A stretch of 64,000 nucleotides of DNA from a virus. Position numbers and translations under genes: made by a program. Location: positions 1-64,000 of the IMG/VR virus record IMGVR_UViG_3300009068_000028; one strand, written 5' to 3'. Below are positions 10,752-21,244 of the stretch, one piece after another (within the stretch, counting starts at the first letter, position 1; every line of letters begins with the position of its first letter). Under the pieces are notes generated by a model that did not search any database, had not been told where the DNA came from, and worked only from the letters and a program-made list of their open reading frames with translations.

Positions 10752-11662
10752 TGGAATTACTAAGGTTATCGCCATACACTAGCGTTGGATTTACATACAC
10801 TATACCAGCCAGCTATGCAACTAATGAGTTGTTTACAGCAACCATTACCGACTTGGCAGACCTTAGCTCAACCACACAAACTGTAACAGACAATGCAGCT
10901 TATGTATGGACAATTACATTGTCAGGAAAGTATGACTCAGACTATAGAGTTGTAATTACAGATGCATCTGGAGATGTTCTTCAAGACGAAACATATCAGG
11001 TTCGTAGACCATACCTAGACCCAAATACACTAGCAGATACAGCATCTGACATAGCTACAAAAACACTTAATGAAGAATTGGCAAGAGCAATTGTTGACTC
11101 TGTAATTCCACAAGGATTTTACTATAAGAAAACAACTTTTGAGACTACTGGTCTTGGAGCAGACTACTTGCCACTATGGGTAGATGCAAAGAAGCTTTTG
11201 CAGGTTTACGAGAACAACGTTCTTATTTATGATGCAAGCAACCCAACAGCCTATGTGCGTAATTTTGAGATTACAAAAGATAAAACTTCTATAACTCAAA
11301 GCTATACAGGAGAATTAAATAGAGGTGAAAGTGCAAGTCTTATTCTTCCTGCTGGAAGCACAGACTACTTAGATTTAAACTTTGGGGTATGGGGTGGCTT
11401 TCCTAAAACATACGACTATAGAGTTGTTGTAGAGTCTGGATACACATCAGTCCCATCAGACATTGCTCGTGCCGTCGGCTTACTGATAACAGACATTGAG
11501 TGCGGTCAACTTGACTATTACAAACGATATGTCACAGCATACAATACAGACCAGTATAAACTACAGTTTGACAAGCGATCATTCGAAGGAACAGGTAACA
11601 TTCTTGTAGACAAGATACTTTCTAAGTATGCAAAGTCAATCACAAGATTAGGGGTATTATAA
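10751..11662 (+). CDS. Head-tail adaptor-like protein
   Basis: Position, plus GYTSVPSDIARAV and ILSKY motifs resembling gp6/gp15-type adaptors. Confidence 0.6.
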   Translation: MELLRLSPYTSVGFTYTIPASYATNELFTATITDLADLSSTTQTVTDNAAYVWTITLSGKYDSDYRVVITDASGDVLQDETYQVRRPYLDPNTLADTASDIATKTLNEELARAIVDSVIPQGFYYKKTTFETTGLGADYLPLWVDAKKLLQVYENNVLIYDASNPTAYVRNFEITKDKTSITQSYTGELNRGESASLILPAGSTDYLDLNFGVWGGFPKTYDYRVVVESGYTSVPSDIARAVGLLITDIECGQLDYYKRYVTAYNTDQYKLQFDKRSFEGTGNILVDKILSKYAKSITRLGVL

Positions 11663-12111
11663 TGTCTATCTGTGAAACCCCAGACTTTATGTTCCCTATG
11701 ATGGCAGATGTTTATTATCCAATTGCTGAAACAACTGCCTATGGCAATGTTACAAAAACTTGGATTTTAGATAAAACAATTGTTTGCTCATTTAATGAAG
11801 CTGGCGTATCCTACAAAGAAGATATTAAGCCAGACCCAAACATCAAAACAGACACACTGCTTCTTGGAAGAGTTAAAAAAGATATTCGTATTTCAAGCGT
11901 TGATGCAAAGAATGCAGCAACCAATGTTGTCATAACAAATATTCGTGATAAATTTAACAATCCAATCTACCTTGAAACATCTGGACCAAGAAACGGAAGA
12001 TCAACACTATTTGAGATTGCAACTCAAGCACCATTTGTTAATCCATTTGGAACAGTAGAATACCACAAGGTTGTCCTACGCCGCTCTGAAAACCAGGGAG
12101 CAGATGTATAA
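11662..12111 (+). CDS. Head closure/stopper-like protein
   Basis: Size and synteny; translationally coupled. Confidence 0.45.
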   Translation: MSICETPDFMFPMMADVYYPIAETTAYGNVTKTWILDKTIVCSFNEAGVSYKEDIKPDPNIKTDTLLLGRVKKDIRISSVDAKNAATNVVITNIRDKFNNPIYLETSGPRNGRSTLFEIATQAPFVNPFGTVEYHKVVLRRSENQGADV

Positions 12112-12785
12112 TGAGAGCAAAGTTTAATGACACCCTATTCCTTAAAGAGATGAACAATATTGTTCAGTATTCTTTTGGATTTAATGAAGGTGTTAAGCGA
12201 GGAAGAAATCACATTCTTAATGCTGTAGGTAAAGATGCTATTCAATTAATTAAACAGTATATTGATTCTTCTGCTAGAACCAATCCTGGACTTCTTCACC
12301 ACATGTATGAATGGAATCAGACTGGAAGTCCTAACGCAAGATTGTTTGACATTGACTACACAATATCTGGAATGGGACTATCTATCAAAACAACATTTAG
12401 ACAGTCAACATCTGTAAAAAATGGCTCTACCGTTCCATTTTACGACAAAGCAAGAATTATAGAGAATGGTATCCCTGTTACAATCAGACCTCGTAATGCA
12501 TCTGTGCTTGCGTTTGAAGATGGTGGAGAGCAAGTATTTACTAAAGGTCCAATAGTAATTGACAGTCCTGGAGGAGCTCAGGCTCAGGGTGGATTTGAAA
12601 AAACATTTGATTCATTCTTTAACAGTTTTTTCTCACAAGCCTTTTTAAGAATTAGTGGTGTAATGGATTACATTCAAAACCCTACAGTTTTTGCAAAAAA
12701 TCTATCAGCAGGAAAACGTGGCGGTAGAGCAGTTGGTATTTCAACAGGCTACACTTGGGTAGCAAACATAGGAGTTAAACGATAA
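12111..12785 (+). CDS. Neck/tail completion protein
   Basis: Synteny; IENGIPVTIRPRNASVLAF motif seen in phage neck proteins. Confidence 0.45.
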   Translation: MRAKFNDTLFLKEMNNIVQYSFGFNEGVKRGRNHILNAVGKDAIQLIKQYIDSSARTNPGLLHHMYEWNQTGSPNARLFDIDYTISGMGLSIKTTFRQSTSVKNGSTVPFYDKARIIENGIPVTIRPRNASVLAFEDGGEQVFTKGPIVIDSPGGAQAQGGFEKTFDSFFNSFFSQAFLRISGVMDYIQNPTVFAKNLSAGKRGGRAVGISTGYTWVANIGVKR

Positions 12786-13369
12786 TGGCTATTTACTATC
12801 CCCCAATCTTTATAAATAAATACCTACAAGAAAAACTTGCAGGTAGAGGGTTTGGAGCAGTCCCAATGTTTCCAACATACCCTAGCGATTTTACTGTTGC
12901 AGAAAGCTTCAGTCTTGATGTGCTAACTTCTAGCGGTACATCAAGGTATCAATTTCAGGGACAAGCAGCGGTATTTGACAGAATGTTTAAAATGCGTAGG
13001 GGACCATTTCCATACATTAAGTGTGAACAACTATTATATTATTTTTATGCACTTACAGAAACAGCTGTAGTAAACCTTATAGAAATGACACAAGAAATAC
13101 AAGATCTTCTGGACAACGGAGATGATTCTGCTAAAGACTTAAATGCTTGGATTGCTTCGAAGGTAAGCGGTACAGTAACGGTAGATGGCAAAGTTCACAA
13201 GAAAGTCACCTTCGATGGAACAGACTTTTTACTGCCATACTTTCACGAAATTAAAATCTACCAACTTGAGGAAACTCGTGACATTATAGATTTTGGTACT
13301 GCTCGTACATATGCAGGGAATAAAATAATTATTGACTATGATTGGCACAAATCAGATTCATTTGCATAA
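12785..13369 (+). CDS. Tail terminator-like protein
   Basis: Immediately upstream of the tail tube gene. Confidence 0.45.
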   Translation: MAIYYPPIFINKYLQEKLAGRGFGAVPMFPTYPSDFTVAESFSLDVLTSSGTSRYQFQGQAAVFDRMFKMRRGPFPYIKCEQLLYYFYALTETAVVNLIEMTQEIQDLLDNGDDSAKDLNAWIASKVSGTVTVDGKVHKKVTFDGTDFLLPYFHEIKIYQLEETRDIIDFGTARTYAGNKIIIDYDWHKSDSFA

Positions 13370-13438
13370 TAACCATATATAATTATAAAGAGGAAACACC
13401 CACCCAAACTCTATAACAAGAAAGAGGTGAAATAAAAT

Positions 13439-14149
13439 ATGCCCTATTCACGTGGTACAAGTGCTAACATCATCGTTGGTGCAGCAGCACTTTTCGCATA
13501 TCAAGATGGTCCAATCGGTCAAAACACAAGTGGTGGTATTACTAACACTCAAGCTGAAATCGATTTGCCCAACTTCCAAACTAACATTTCGTACAAGGAA
13601 ACTCTTGCAAATGCAACAAATAGCGTTGACTTCCGTAACGTTGGTTACACCATGAACGGTCTTGAAATCGTTTTTCAGCCTGACTTCGGTGAGGTACAGG
13701 TTGACCAGGTTCTTGACGTTGCTAAGCTTTACAAGCAGGGAATGCAGGTTAATCTTAACACAGCATTTGCTGAAGCAACACTAGATAACTTGCTCTTTGC
13801 AATTGCAGGACAGTCAAGCGACCTTTCAGCTACATACACCAGTGTTACATCACAGAGTGCATTCGGAACACCAACTTACGACGGTGACCGAGTTCTAAAT
13901 CTTGGTGCAGGAAACATTGGCGAATGTCCAGTTGAGCGTGGTCTCGTTGCAGTTGGTCCAGGTACAGGAGACTGTGCAGCTGGTTCATCAATTGAGCGAA
14001 TCTACGTTGCATTCCGTGCTCTTTCAATTGAAAGTGTTACAGTATCAGCAAAGCGTGACGAAGCTACAATGTTTGAAGTCTCATTTAGACTTCTTCCTAA
14101 CGACAATGCGTCTTATGGAAAGATTGTAGACCGCACACTCGCATCATAA
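13439..14149 (+). CDS. Major tail (tube) protein
   Basis: NIIVGAA, VGYTMNGLEI, FAEATLDNL and FEVSFRLLP motifs; RBS AGAGGTG; followed by a terminator. Confidence 0.8.
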   Translation: MPYSRGTSANIIVGAAALFAYQDGPIGQNTSGGITNTQAEIDLPNFQTNISYKETLANATNSVDFRNVGYTMNGLEIVFQPDFGEVQVDQVLDVAKLYKQGMQVNLNTAFAEATLDNLLFAIAGQSSDLSATYTSVTSQSAFGTPTYDGDRVLNLGAGNIGECPVERGLVAVGPGTGDCAAGSSIERIYVAFRALSIESVTVSAKRDEATMFEVSFRLLPNDNASYGKIVDRTLAS

Positions 14150-14162
14150 TTTAATATAATCA

Positions 14163-14201
14163 GGACTGCTCAGAGTTTCGGCTCTGGGCAGTTTTGTTTT
14201 T
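14163..14201 (+). terminator. Intrinsic terminator after the tail tube gene
   Basis: GACTGCTCAGAG-TTTCG-GCTCTGGGCAGTT hairpin followed by a T-tract. Confidence 0.75.
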
Positions 14202-14215
14202 GGTACAATAGATGT

Positions 14216-14905
14216 ATGGCAACAGAAATTTATGAAACAGGAACTACTACACTAGTAGACGGAACAGAGATATATTTAACACCGCTAAAGATTAAATACC
14301 TTAGAGAATTTATGAAAGAGTTTGAAAATGTTAAACTTGCAAAAGATGATGCAGAAGCAATCTCAGCATTAGCACAATGTGCGAGGGTATGTATGAAACA
14401 ATTCTATCCATCTATAAAAACAATAGAAGACTTAGAAGACAACCTTAACCTTCCAGCTATCTATAAAGTATTAGACATTGGAGCTGGAATTAAAATTGAC
14501 GGCGACGATGAAGAAGAACCAGTAAAAGATCAGGCAGTAGACAGTGGATCTACCTGGGAGACTCTTGATCTAGCAACACTAGAAGCAGAAGTATTTCTTT
14601 TAGGAATATGGAAAGATTTTGAAGAGCTTGAGTCATCAATATCTATGCCAGAACTAACATCAATACTTAACGTAAAAAGAGATTTAGATTACCAGGAAAA
14701 AAAGTTTATGGCTGGAATCCAGGGGGTAGACCTTGATAAAGAGAGTGGTAGCCAAGATCTATGGGAGCAGAAGAAAGCCAAGTTCTTTAGTGGCGGAGCA
14801 ACCAGTAATTCAAATGACGTAGTAGCCCTACAAGGAGCAAATGCTGCACAAGCTGGATTTGGAATAGGTATGGGATTAGGCTATGAAAAACTAGTCGAAA
14901 ACTAA
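14216..14905 (+). CDS. Tail assembly chaperone, long (GT-like) form
   Basis: Lies between the tube and tape measure genes. The N-terminal ~97 aa are paralogous to 14951..15268, followed by an acidic linker and a C-terminal domain. Confidence 0.7.
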   Translation: MATEIYETGTTTLVDGTEIYLTPLKIKYLREFMKEFENVKLAKDDAEAISALAQCARVCMKQFYPSIKTIEDLEDNLNLPAIYKVLDIGAGIKIDGDDEEEPVKDQAVDSGSTWETLDLATLEAEVFLLGIWKDFEELESSISMPELTSILNVKRDLDYQEKKFMAGIQGVDLDKESGSQDLWEQKKAKFFSGGATSNSNDVVALQGANAAQAGFGIGMGLGYEKLVEN

Positions 14906-14950
14906 ACTTCTTCTGTGATATAATTTAATAAGCCTAACAAGGAGGAAACA

Positions 14951-15268
14951 ATGGCAACAACAATTAATGAAGCTACACAGCTCACACTTATGGACGGAAC
15001 AGTACTTAATGTTCGTCCACTTAAGATCTCACTACTTCGTGACTTTATGAAGGAGTTTGAGGGTATTGCTAAGGTAGCAGATGATAACGCAAAGTCAATG
15101 GATATACTTATGAAGTGTGTTCAAATTGCAATGAAGCAGTATAGTCCAGAACTAGCAGCAGATGTAGCCGCTCTTGAGGACAATATTGATCTACCAACCG
15201 TTTATAAGGTGGTAGAAGCAGCATCTGGAATTAACCTTTCAGATACTGTAGCTGGTCTTATGGGCTAG
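14951..15268 (+). CDS. Tail assembly chaperone, short (G-like) form
   Basis: 105 aa, directly before the tape measure gene; own TGATATAAT promoter and AAGGAGG RBS. Confidence 0.7.
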   Translation: MATTINEATQLTLMDGTVLNVRPLKISLLRDFMKEFEGIAKVADDNAKSMDILMKCVQIAMKQYSPELAADVAALEDNIDLPTVYKVVEAASGINLSDTVAGLMG

Positions 15269-15292
15269 ACTAAAAAGGGGAAGTGTTAATGA

Positions 15293-18200
15293 ATGGCTGA
15301 AGATGCAAATGCTAATATACGCATAGATATTGACACTACCGCTGCTACTGCAGCACTTAAAGCACTACAAGGTCAAATCGCAAGATTTCACACAGAGATG
15401 GCTCGTGGTGGAGCAGTAGCTGGTCAAAACGCTTCCAAACTACAGCAAGACCTAATAAACTCTATTAATGCTGGTGGTCAGTTCCAAGCTGGAATGACTA
15501 AGGTTCAGTCAACCACCGAAGCATTTACTACTGCCCTTGAGAAAAACAAACTTTCGATGGGGCAGTATTTTAGATACGCTGGGGCATCAACAAAAACATT
15601 CGGACGATTCTTCCGTGGCGAATTTGAAACAATTACAAAGGTAGCTACCGAAAGAGTCAAAGATCTTCAGACTCAATATATCTCAATGGGTCGTGATGCC
15701 AACGGAGCACTACAATCAATCAAGGTTAGACCACTAACTCTTGATATGAATGACCTTGCAACACAAACAATGATTACTGCACAGAAGCAGCAATTATATA
15801 ATCAATTGCTTAAGCAAGGGTCTACTAATCTTCTAAACTTTGGTAAGAATACTCAGTGGGCTGGTCGTCAGCTTATGGTTGGTTTTACCCTTCCCCTCAC
15901 ATTATTTGCTAGTTCAGCTGCCAGATCTTTTATGGAAATTGAAAAGCAGGTAATTAGAATTCGTCGTGTTTATGGAGACTTCTCTACAACAGTTGCAGAA
16001 ACCGACCAGATGATTGATTCAATCAAAACTCTTGCAGGAGAGTATACCAAGTACGGTGTTGCAGTTTCAGACACCCTAGGACTTGCGGCTGAAGCGGCAG
16101 CTGCTGGTAAGTCAGGTCAAGAGCTTTTAGCTCAAATATCTCAAGCTACTCGTCTAGCAGTTCTTGGTAACGTAGAACAAACCCAGGCTCTTGAAACAAC
16201 CATGTCTGTTACTAACGCTTTTGGTGTTGCTACTGAAGATCTTGCCAATAAAATTGACTTCCTTAACGCAGTAGAAAACCAATCTGTTACATCGATTGAA
16301 GACCTTACCATTGCTATTCCCAAGGCTGGACCTGTTGTTCAACAGCTTGGTGGAGACGTAGAGGACTTGGCATTCTTCCTTACAGCAATGAAGGAAGGTG
16401 GAATTAATGCTTCTGAAGGTGCTAACGCACTCAAGTCTGGTCTTGCTGCACTCATTAATCCAACTGGAAAAGCAAAAGAAATGCTTCAAGGATTTGGAAT
16501 TAACATTGAAAAAATTGTTAACTCAAACAAGGGAGACATTAAAGGACTAGTGCTTGATTTTGCTTCCGCACTTGATACACTTAACCCACTAGATCGTGCT
16601 CGTGCAATTGAGCAACTATTTGGTAAGTTCCAATTCTCACGTCTATCTACACTTTTCCAAAACGTCATTGGCGAGGGTACACAAGCAAGCCGTGTTCTTG
16701 AGCTAACAAAAGCAACTACACAAGAACTTGCAATTTTATCCCAACGAGAACTTAAAAAGGTAGAAGAGACAACTACCTATAAATTTGAAAAAGCTTTTGC
16801 AGATTTCCAAGCAGCTTTAGCACCTGTTGGAGAACAGTTCCTAAAAGCCATTACGCCAGTTATTGAATTTGGAACAAAACTTCTTAATCAGTTTAATAGC
16901 ATGGGTGATGGTGCAAAGAGTTTTGCTGTTATTCTGACTACCGTTGTGGCAGGTATTGGTCCTGTCTTGCTTATGACTGTTGGTCTTGTTGCTAACGGTG
17001 TTGCCAACCTTATCAAAATGTTCCAGGCACTTGGAACTATATTTAAGAAATCTGGGGCAGATACAACGACTCTCGGTCTACAAACAGACTATATGACTCA
17101 GCAACAAATTGAAGCAGCAGCAGTAGCAGCATCACTTAATCAGTCACACAGCAAACTTTCACAAACTTTTAGCGTAGAGGCTGCAGCATTAAATAACCTA
17201 ACGCTTGCTTATCAAAAAGCAGTTACTGCACAACGTGGATTTGCAATGCCTGGAGGTAGAGTTGCTGGATCAGCCACAAAGCCAAAAGGTTTTGCTAGTG
17301 GTGTAGTTAGCGTTCCTGGTCCGAAGGGTAAGGGTGATACAGTCCCTGCAATGCTATCACCAGGAGAAGCAGTTATTCCTGCTGACATGGCTAAGAAGTA
17401 TGGCGGTCTTATTCAGGGAATGGTTTTTGACAACATTCCTGGATACTCACAATCTAATATTAAAAAAGATGTTTCTATGTTTGGTGGACCACAAAGACTT
17501 CTTGCTCCATATACTGTTGGTGCTCGTGGAAACACTGCTGGTGGCTTTGGTGTAGATAGAACAGGAATTTCAGCACCAGACTCAATTGCAGAACTTGCAA
17601 TGTCTATGGTTGCAGCAACACTTACTGAGTCTGGTACTAGAATTTCAAACGGCGTAGTCGATTCTGTAGTTGGTCCAATTTCTTCTGCAGCAGAAGAAAT
17701 ATCTATATTACTACAAACTACCGCAGAAGAAATGGGTGACAATGCTACACATATCTCACAAGTAGTAAAAGCAAAACGAGAAGAAATAGATACAATTCTT
17801 AAAAGTAAGTCTGCACTACTTCCTTCAGATCAACAAGGAGCATTTGTTTCTGGATCCCAAAGACTCCTAGATCCAACACTAGAAGATGTTAGAACTGGAG
17901 GATATGCAAGAGTACCTGCAATTAGAGTTAATCCAGATACTGGAGTACCCACTAAAAAGGGTGCTTCTTGGTATACTGCACTAAAGGGTAAGGCACAATC
18001 ATTTAAAGCTAAATTAGCTACACTTAGAAGTAACCCAAATTTTGCAGGTCGTTTAATTGGATCTGCAGGAACACAGGCACACTTAGCACCAGAAAATCTT
18101 TCAATGTTAGGTGGAATGTCTCCAATGGGTGGTGCAGCTATGGGCTTATCGCCAGAATTACAGCAACCAGCTAGACAAAAATTATTAAATACAGTTAGAC

Positions 18201-21200
18201 TATATTTTACAAAATTGGGGCAAGAAGTTCCTAAAGAAATTGAAGCTGCAGTATTGGGTGGTGCTAGAGCGATCACTGCAACAGCATCGCCATCACAAGA
18301 AATGCATAATCTTGGAGTAGATATTGGTCAAGGAGCAATTAATGGGCTTGAGTCTAAAGTAGACGATGCAGCAAGAGCTGGAGAAAGTCTTGGACAAGCT
18401 GCTGCAAGTGGTACACAGGCTGGAGCAAGAGGACAACGAGGAAATAGAAGAGTTCAGACTGGAGTAGTCGGTGCAGGAGGATTCCCTGTAAGAACAACCC
18501 CAGAAGGATCTTCAATTATTATTGGTGATACAGGAAGATTTATACAAGAAGAAGAAAAGCCAGGTAAAAAACCGCTAACCCCATCTCAACAAGCTGCAAG
18601 AGATAAGATGATCCGTCGTCGTGCCATGAATGTAAAGATGCATTCTATGGGTGGACGAATTGCTGCTGGAGTTAAGGGTATGGGCGGTATGGGTGCAGGT
18701 ATGGGGCTTGCTATGGCTGGTGGAGCAGTAGGCATGATACCTGGTCTTCAAGAACTTGGAATGGCTATATCCCTGATTGGTCCACTTTTTATGATGATGA
18801 AGCCAGCAACTGTTGGTGTTATTGCAGCTTTAGGTTTACTAGCTTATGGAATTTATAAAACAATAGAGGCAGGAGAAGAGCAGCGTAAACAAGCATTAGC
18901 CCTTGGAAATTCTTTTGCTATGGGGTCAAAGGCATTACAGTCTATGTCTGAGGATATGGGAACAGTAAGTCTTAGTCAAAAACGTCAGGCAGATACAAAT
19001 GAATTACTTACAAGTACAACAGAAAAACAAATTTCTGCTGGAGAGCAATACTTAACAGAAACAGATAGCGGAAAGGCTCTTGTAGATGAAATAAAAACGT
19101 TACAGTCTAATAATATGTCTACTCAAGAAATTGGAGAACTTCTTGGAAATAAAATTTCTTATGCTGTTTCTCAAAATGTAATTACACAGCAACAAGGTGA
19201 AGGAATAATTGCTGCACTTGGAGTTATTTCTGGAAATCTTGGAGTAAGTACAATAGCTTCCAGCACATTAGAAAATACACAAAACCTTACACCAGGATTG
19301 GCTGCTAGTGGAGCTGCAAAAACAGCTTTTAATGCTGCTAAGAAATCAGACAGTTCTCTAACACAGCTTAGTGGTTCAGTATCTGCACTGTCAGTTGCTA
19401 CTGGTGGAGAAGACATAATTAACTCAAGATATGATTCATTAATTAAAGAATTAAAACTTCAAAAAGAGAAAGCAAAAACAAAAGAAGAAGAGCTTCTTTT
19501 AGAAGGAAAAATTGGAGATTTAGAGTCACAAAGAATAACTGATCTAAAAGATCAAAGAGAACTTCAAAAAGAAATTAAAACTTATATAGAAACAAAAGCA
19601 TTTGCCTTAACGCGAGGCGGAGCTTTTAATGCAGCACCCTATATATCTATGATGAAAGAAATTTTTGGAGAGACTAGCGACGAGTATAAAGCCGCATTGA
19701 GTCTTATGACAGATGAAAATAACAAAGCATTTGGTAGAGAATTTTTAGTTAATATCGGAACAAGTCTTGCAACTAAAGAGCTAAATCCAGGAGCTTTAGA
19801 AACACTACTATCATATGCCAAAGAAAACAAAAATTTTGTTGCAGCATATAACCTATCAGTTACAACTTCTGGCGATATTGAAACACTTGATACTCTTGGA
19901 AAACTTCAAGCATTAGACGCAACATCAGATCAAGTAACAGTTGCCTTAAACTTAATAAATTCTGGAAAATCTGCAGAAGATGTAACTGGAGCTTATCAAG
20001 ATCTTCTTGGTGCTAAGGCTGGAGGTATTGGTGTCGGCGTTGATATTGACGAATCCGCAATTAGAAAATATTTAAATGATCTAAATGCAATAAAAGAAGC
20101 AACACCAAAAGATGGAAAGTTTACAGTTCAATTTCTTGCAGATTACGTCGGAGGAGAAGAGGCTGCAAAAGCAATTTTAGATAGCGAAACTTTTCAGAAA
20201 CTTCCTAAAAAGAAAAAGGCAGAATATATTGCAACCTATAAAGCTTTTCTTACAGGAAGTATTGATAAAGGATCAACTGCATATACTGCCTGGAAAACAT
20301 TAATGAACAAAACTGGTGAAGATACTAGTGATACAGCATTTGTTCGATGGACCCTAAGTAAAATTGAAGGTGCTGGAGAAGGCGGCGGTAGTGGTCCAGG
20401 TCCTACCCCTACTCCCGATCCTCCTGTTGGGGGCGGTGGAAGCCCTGCCGATACTACTACAGAAGATTCAGTAATGGCAAGACTTCAAAAAAGATTAGCT
20501 AAACAAAATGCATTATTAAATGTTATTTCTCTTAAAGAAGCTAAAATTAATAAAAGATTTGATGAACGTAAAAAAGCCCTTGAAGAAATTGCAAAGCTTA
20601 ATGGCAAAATTGCAGAACAACAAAAAGGTCAGCTAGACGTTGCGGATGCGTTAACACGTGGAGACATTGCTTCCGCTGCACGAGCGGTACAAGCAGAAAG
20701 AGTCCGTGCTGCTGCCCTTGCTCAAGAACAACAAATGCTTTCTCTTGAACGACAAAGACAAGCAGAACTTGCAAACGTTATGTTTAAAGGAAAAACAAGA
20801 GAAGAAGTAGAAGCAAAAATTGCTAGATTAAATATGAAAATTGCAAAACGTGAATACAGAACTGCTGCTAGTGGAGGTATGATAAGAGGATACGCTAGTG
20901 GAGGTATGATGAATGGATACTCTGGTGGAGGAATGATGAAAAGATATTCTGTTGGTGGTAAAGTTGTTTCATATTTTGCCGATGGTGGAAGTCCTTTAGG
21001 TTCAGATACCGTTCCTGCCATGCTTACTCCTGGAGAGTTTGTTATTAAACGACCTGCCGTTCAAGATTTCGGGGTAAAGAATCTACAAGCAATCAATAGT
21101 GGCAGTAATCCATCTTCAGGCGTGTATAATTATAGTATCAGCGTAAACGTTAGCACAGAGGCAAACCCAGATCAGATTGCACGAGCAGTAGCACAAAACG

Positions 21201-21244
21201 TAAAGCGTACAGAATCTTACAGAATAAGGGGTAACAGGCTATAA
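15293..21244 (+). CDS. Tape measure protein (TP901 family-like)
   Basis: 1983 aa, A/G/L-rich and helical; GINASEGANALKS core, internal hydrophobic segments; canonical position. Confidence 0.9.
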   Translation: MAEDANANIRIDIDTTAATAALKALQGQIARFHTEMARGGAVAGQNASKLQQDLINSINAGGQFQAGMTKVQSTTEAFTTALEKNKLSMGQYFRYAGASTKTFGRFFRGEFETITKVATERVKDLQTQYISMGRDANGALQSIKVRPLTLDMNDLATQTMITAQKQQLYNQLLKQGSTNLLNFGKNTQWAGRQLMVGFTLPLTLFASSAARSFMEIEKQVIRIRRVYGDFSTTVAETDQMIDSIKTLAGEYTKYGVAVSDTLGLAAEAAAAGKSGQELLAQISQATRLAVLGNVEQTQALETTMSVTNAFGVATEDLANKIDFLNAVENQSVTSIEDLTIAIPKAGPVVQQLGGDVEDLAFFLTAMKEGGINASEGANALKSGLAALINPTGKAKEMLQGFGINIEKIVNSNKGDIKGLVLDFASALDTLNPLDRARAIEQLFGKFQFSRLSTLFQNVIGEGTQASRVLELTKATTQELAILSQRELKKVEETTTYKFEKAFADFQAALAPVGEQFLKAITPVIEFGTKLLNQFNSMGDGAKSFAVILTTVVAGIGPVLLMTVGLVANGVANLIKMFQALGTIFKKSGADTTTLGLQTDYMTQQQIEAAAVAASLNQSHSKLSQTFSVEAAALNNLTLAYQKAVTAQRGFAMPGGRVAGSATKPKGFASGVVSVPGPKGKGDTVPAMLSPGEAVIPADMAKKYGGLIQGMVFDNIPGYSQSNIKKDVSMFGGPQRLLAPYTVGARGNTAGGFGVDRTGISAPDSIAELAMSMVAATLTESGTRISNGVVDSVVGPISSAAEEISILLQTTAEEMGDNATHISQVVKAKREEIDTILKSKSALLPSDQQGAFVSGSQRLLDPTLEDVRTGGYARVPAIRVNPDTGVPTKKGASWYTALKGKAQSFKAKLATLRSNPNFAGRLIGSAGTQAHLAPENLSMLGGMSPMGGAAMGLSPELQQPARQKLLNTVRLYFTKLGQEVPKEIEAAVLGGARAITATASPSQEMHNLGVDIGQGAINGLESKVDDAARAGESLGQAAASGTQAGARGQRGNRRVQTGVVGAGGFPVRTTPEGSSIIIGDTGRFIQEEEKPGKKPLTPSQQAARDKMIRRRAMNVKMHSMGGRIAAGVKGMGGMGAGMGLAMAGGAVGMIPGLQELGMAISLIGPLFMMMKPATVGVIAALGLLAYGIYKTIEAGEEQRKQALALGNSFAMGSKALQSMSEDMGTVSLSQKRQADTNELLTSTTEKQISAGEQYLTETDSGKALVDEIKTLQSNNMSTQEIGELLGNKISYAVSQNVITQQQGEGIIAALGVISGNLGVSTIASSTLENTQNLTPGLAASGAAKTAFNAAKKSDSSLTQLSGSVSALSVATGGEDIINSRYDSLIKELKLQKEKAKTKEEELLLEGKIGDLESQRITDLKDQRELQKEIKTYIETKAFALTRGGAFNAAPYISMMKEIFGETSDEYKAALSLMTDENNKAFGREFLVNIGTSLATKELNPGALETLLSYAKENKNFVAAYNLSVTTSGDIETLDTLGKLQALDATSDQVTVALNLINSGKSAEDVTGAYQDLLGAKAGGIGVGVDIDESAIRKYLNDLNAIKEATPKDGKFTVQFLADYVGGEEAAKAILDSETFQKLPKKKKAEYIATYKAFLTGSIDKGSTAYTAWKTLMNKTGEDTSDTAFVRWTLSKIEGAGEGGGSGPGPTPTPDPPVGGGGSPADTTTEDSVMARLQKRLAKQNALLNVISLKEAKINKRFDERKKALEEIAKLNGKIAEQQKGQLDVADALTRGDIASAARAVQAERVRAAALAQEQQMLSLERQRQAELANVMFKGKTREEVEAKIARLNMKIAKREYRTAASGGMIRGYASGGMMNGYSGGGMMKRYSVGGKVVSYFADGGSPLGSDTVPAMLTPGEFVIKRPAVQDFGVKNLQAINSGSNPSSGVYNYSISVNVSTEANPDQIARAVAQNVKRTESYRIRGNRL
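20866..20990 (+). repeat. 27-nt (9-aa) degenerate tandem repeat near the tape measure C-terminus
   Basis: ASGGMIRGY/ASGGMMNGY/SGGGMMKRY/SVGGKVVSY; GCTAGTGGAGGTATGAT occurs twice. Confidence 0.7.

Noticed and set aside
14695-14704. A-AAA-AAG slippery-like run in the long chaperone gene
   Set aside because: It lies deep in the C-terminal domain, not at a G/T junction, and such runs are common in AT-rich DNA.
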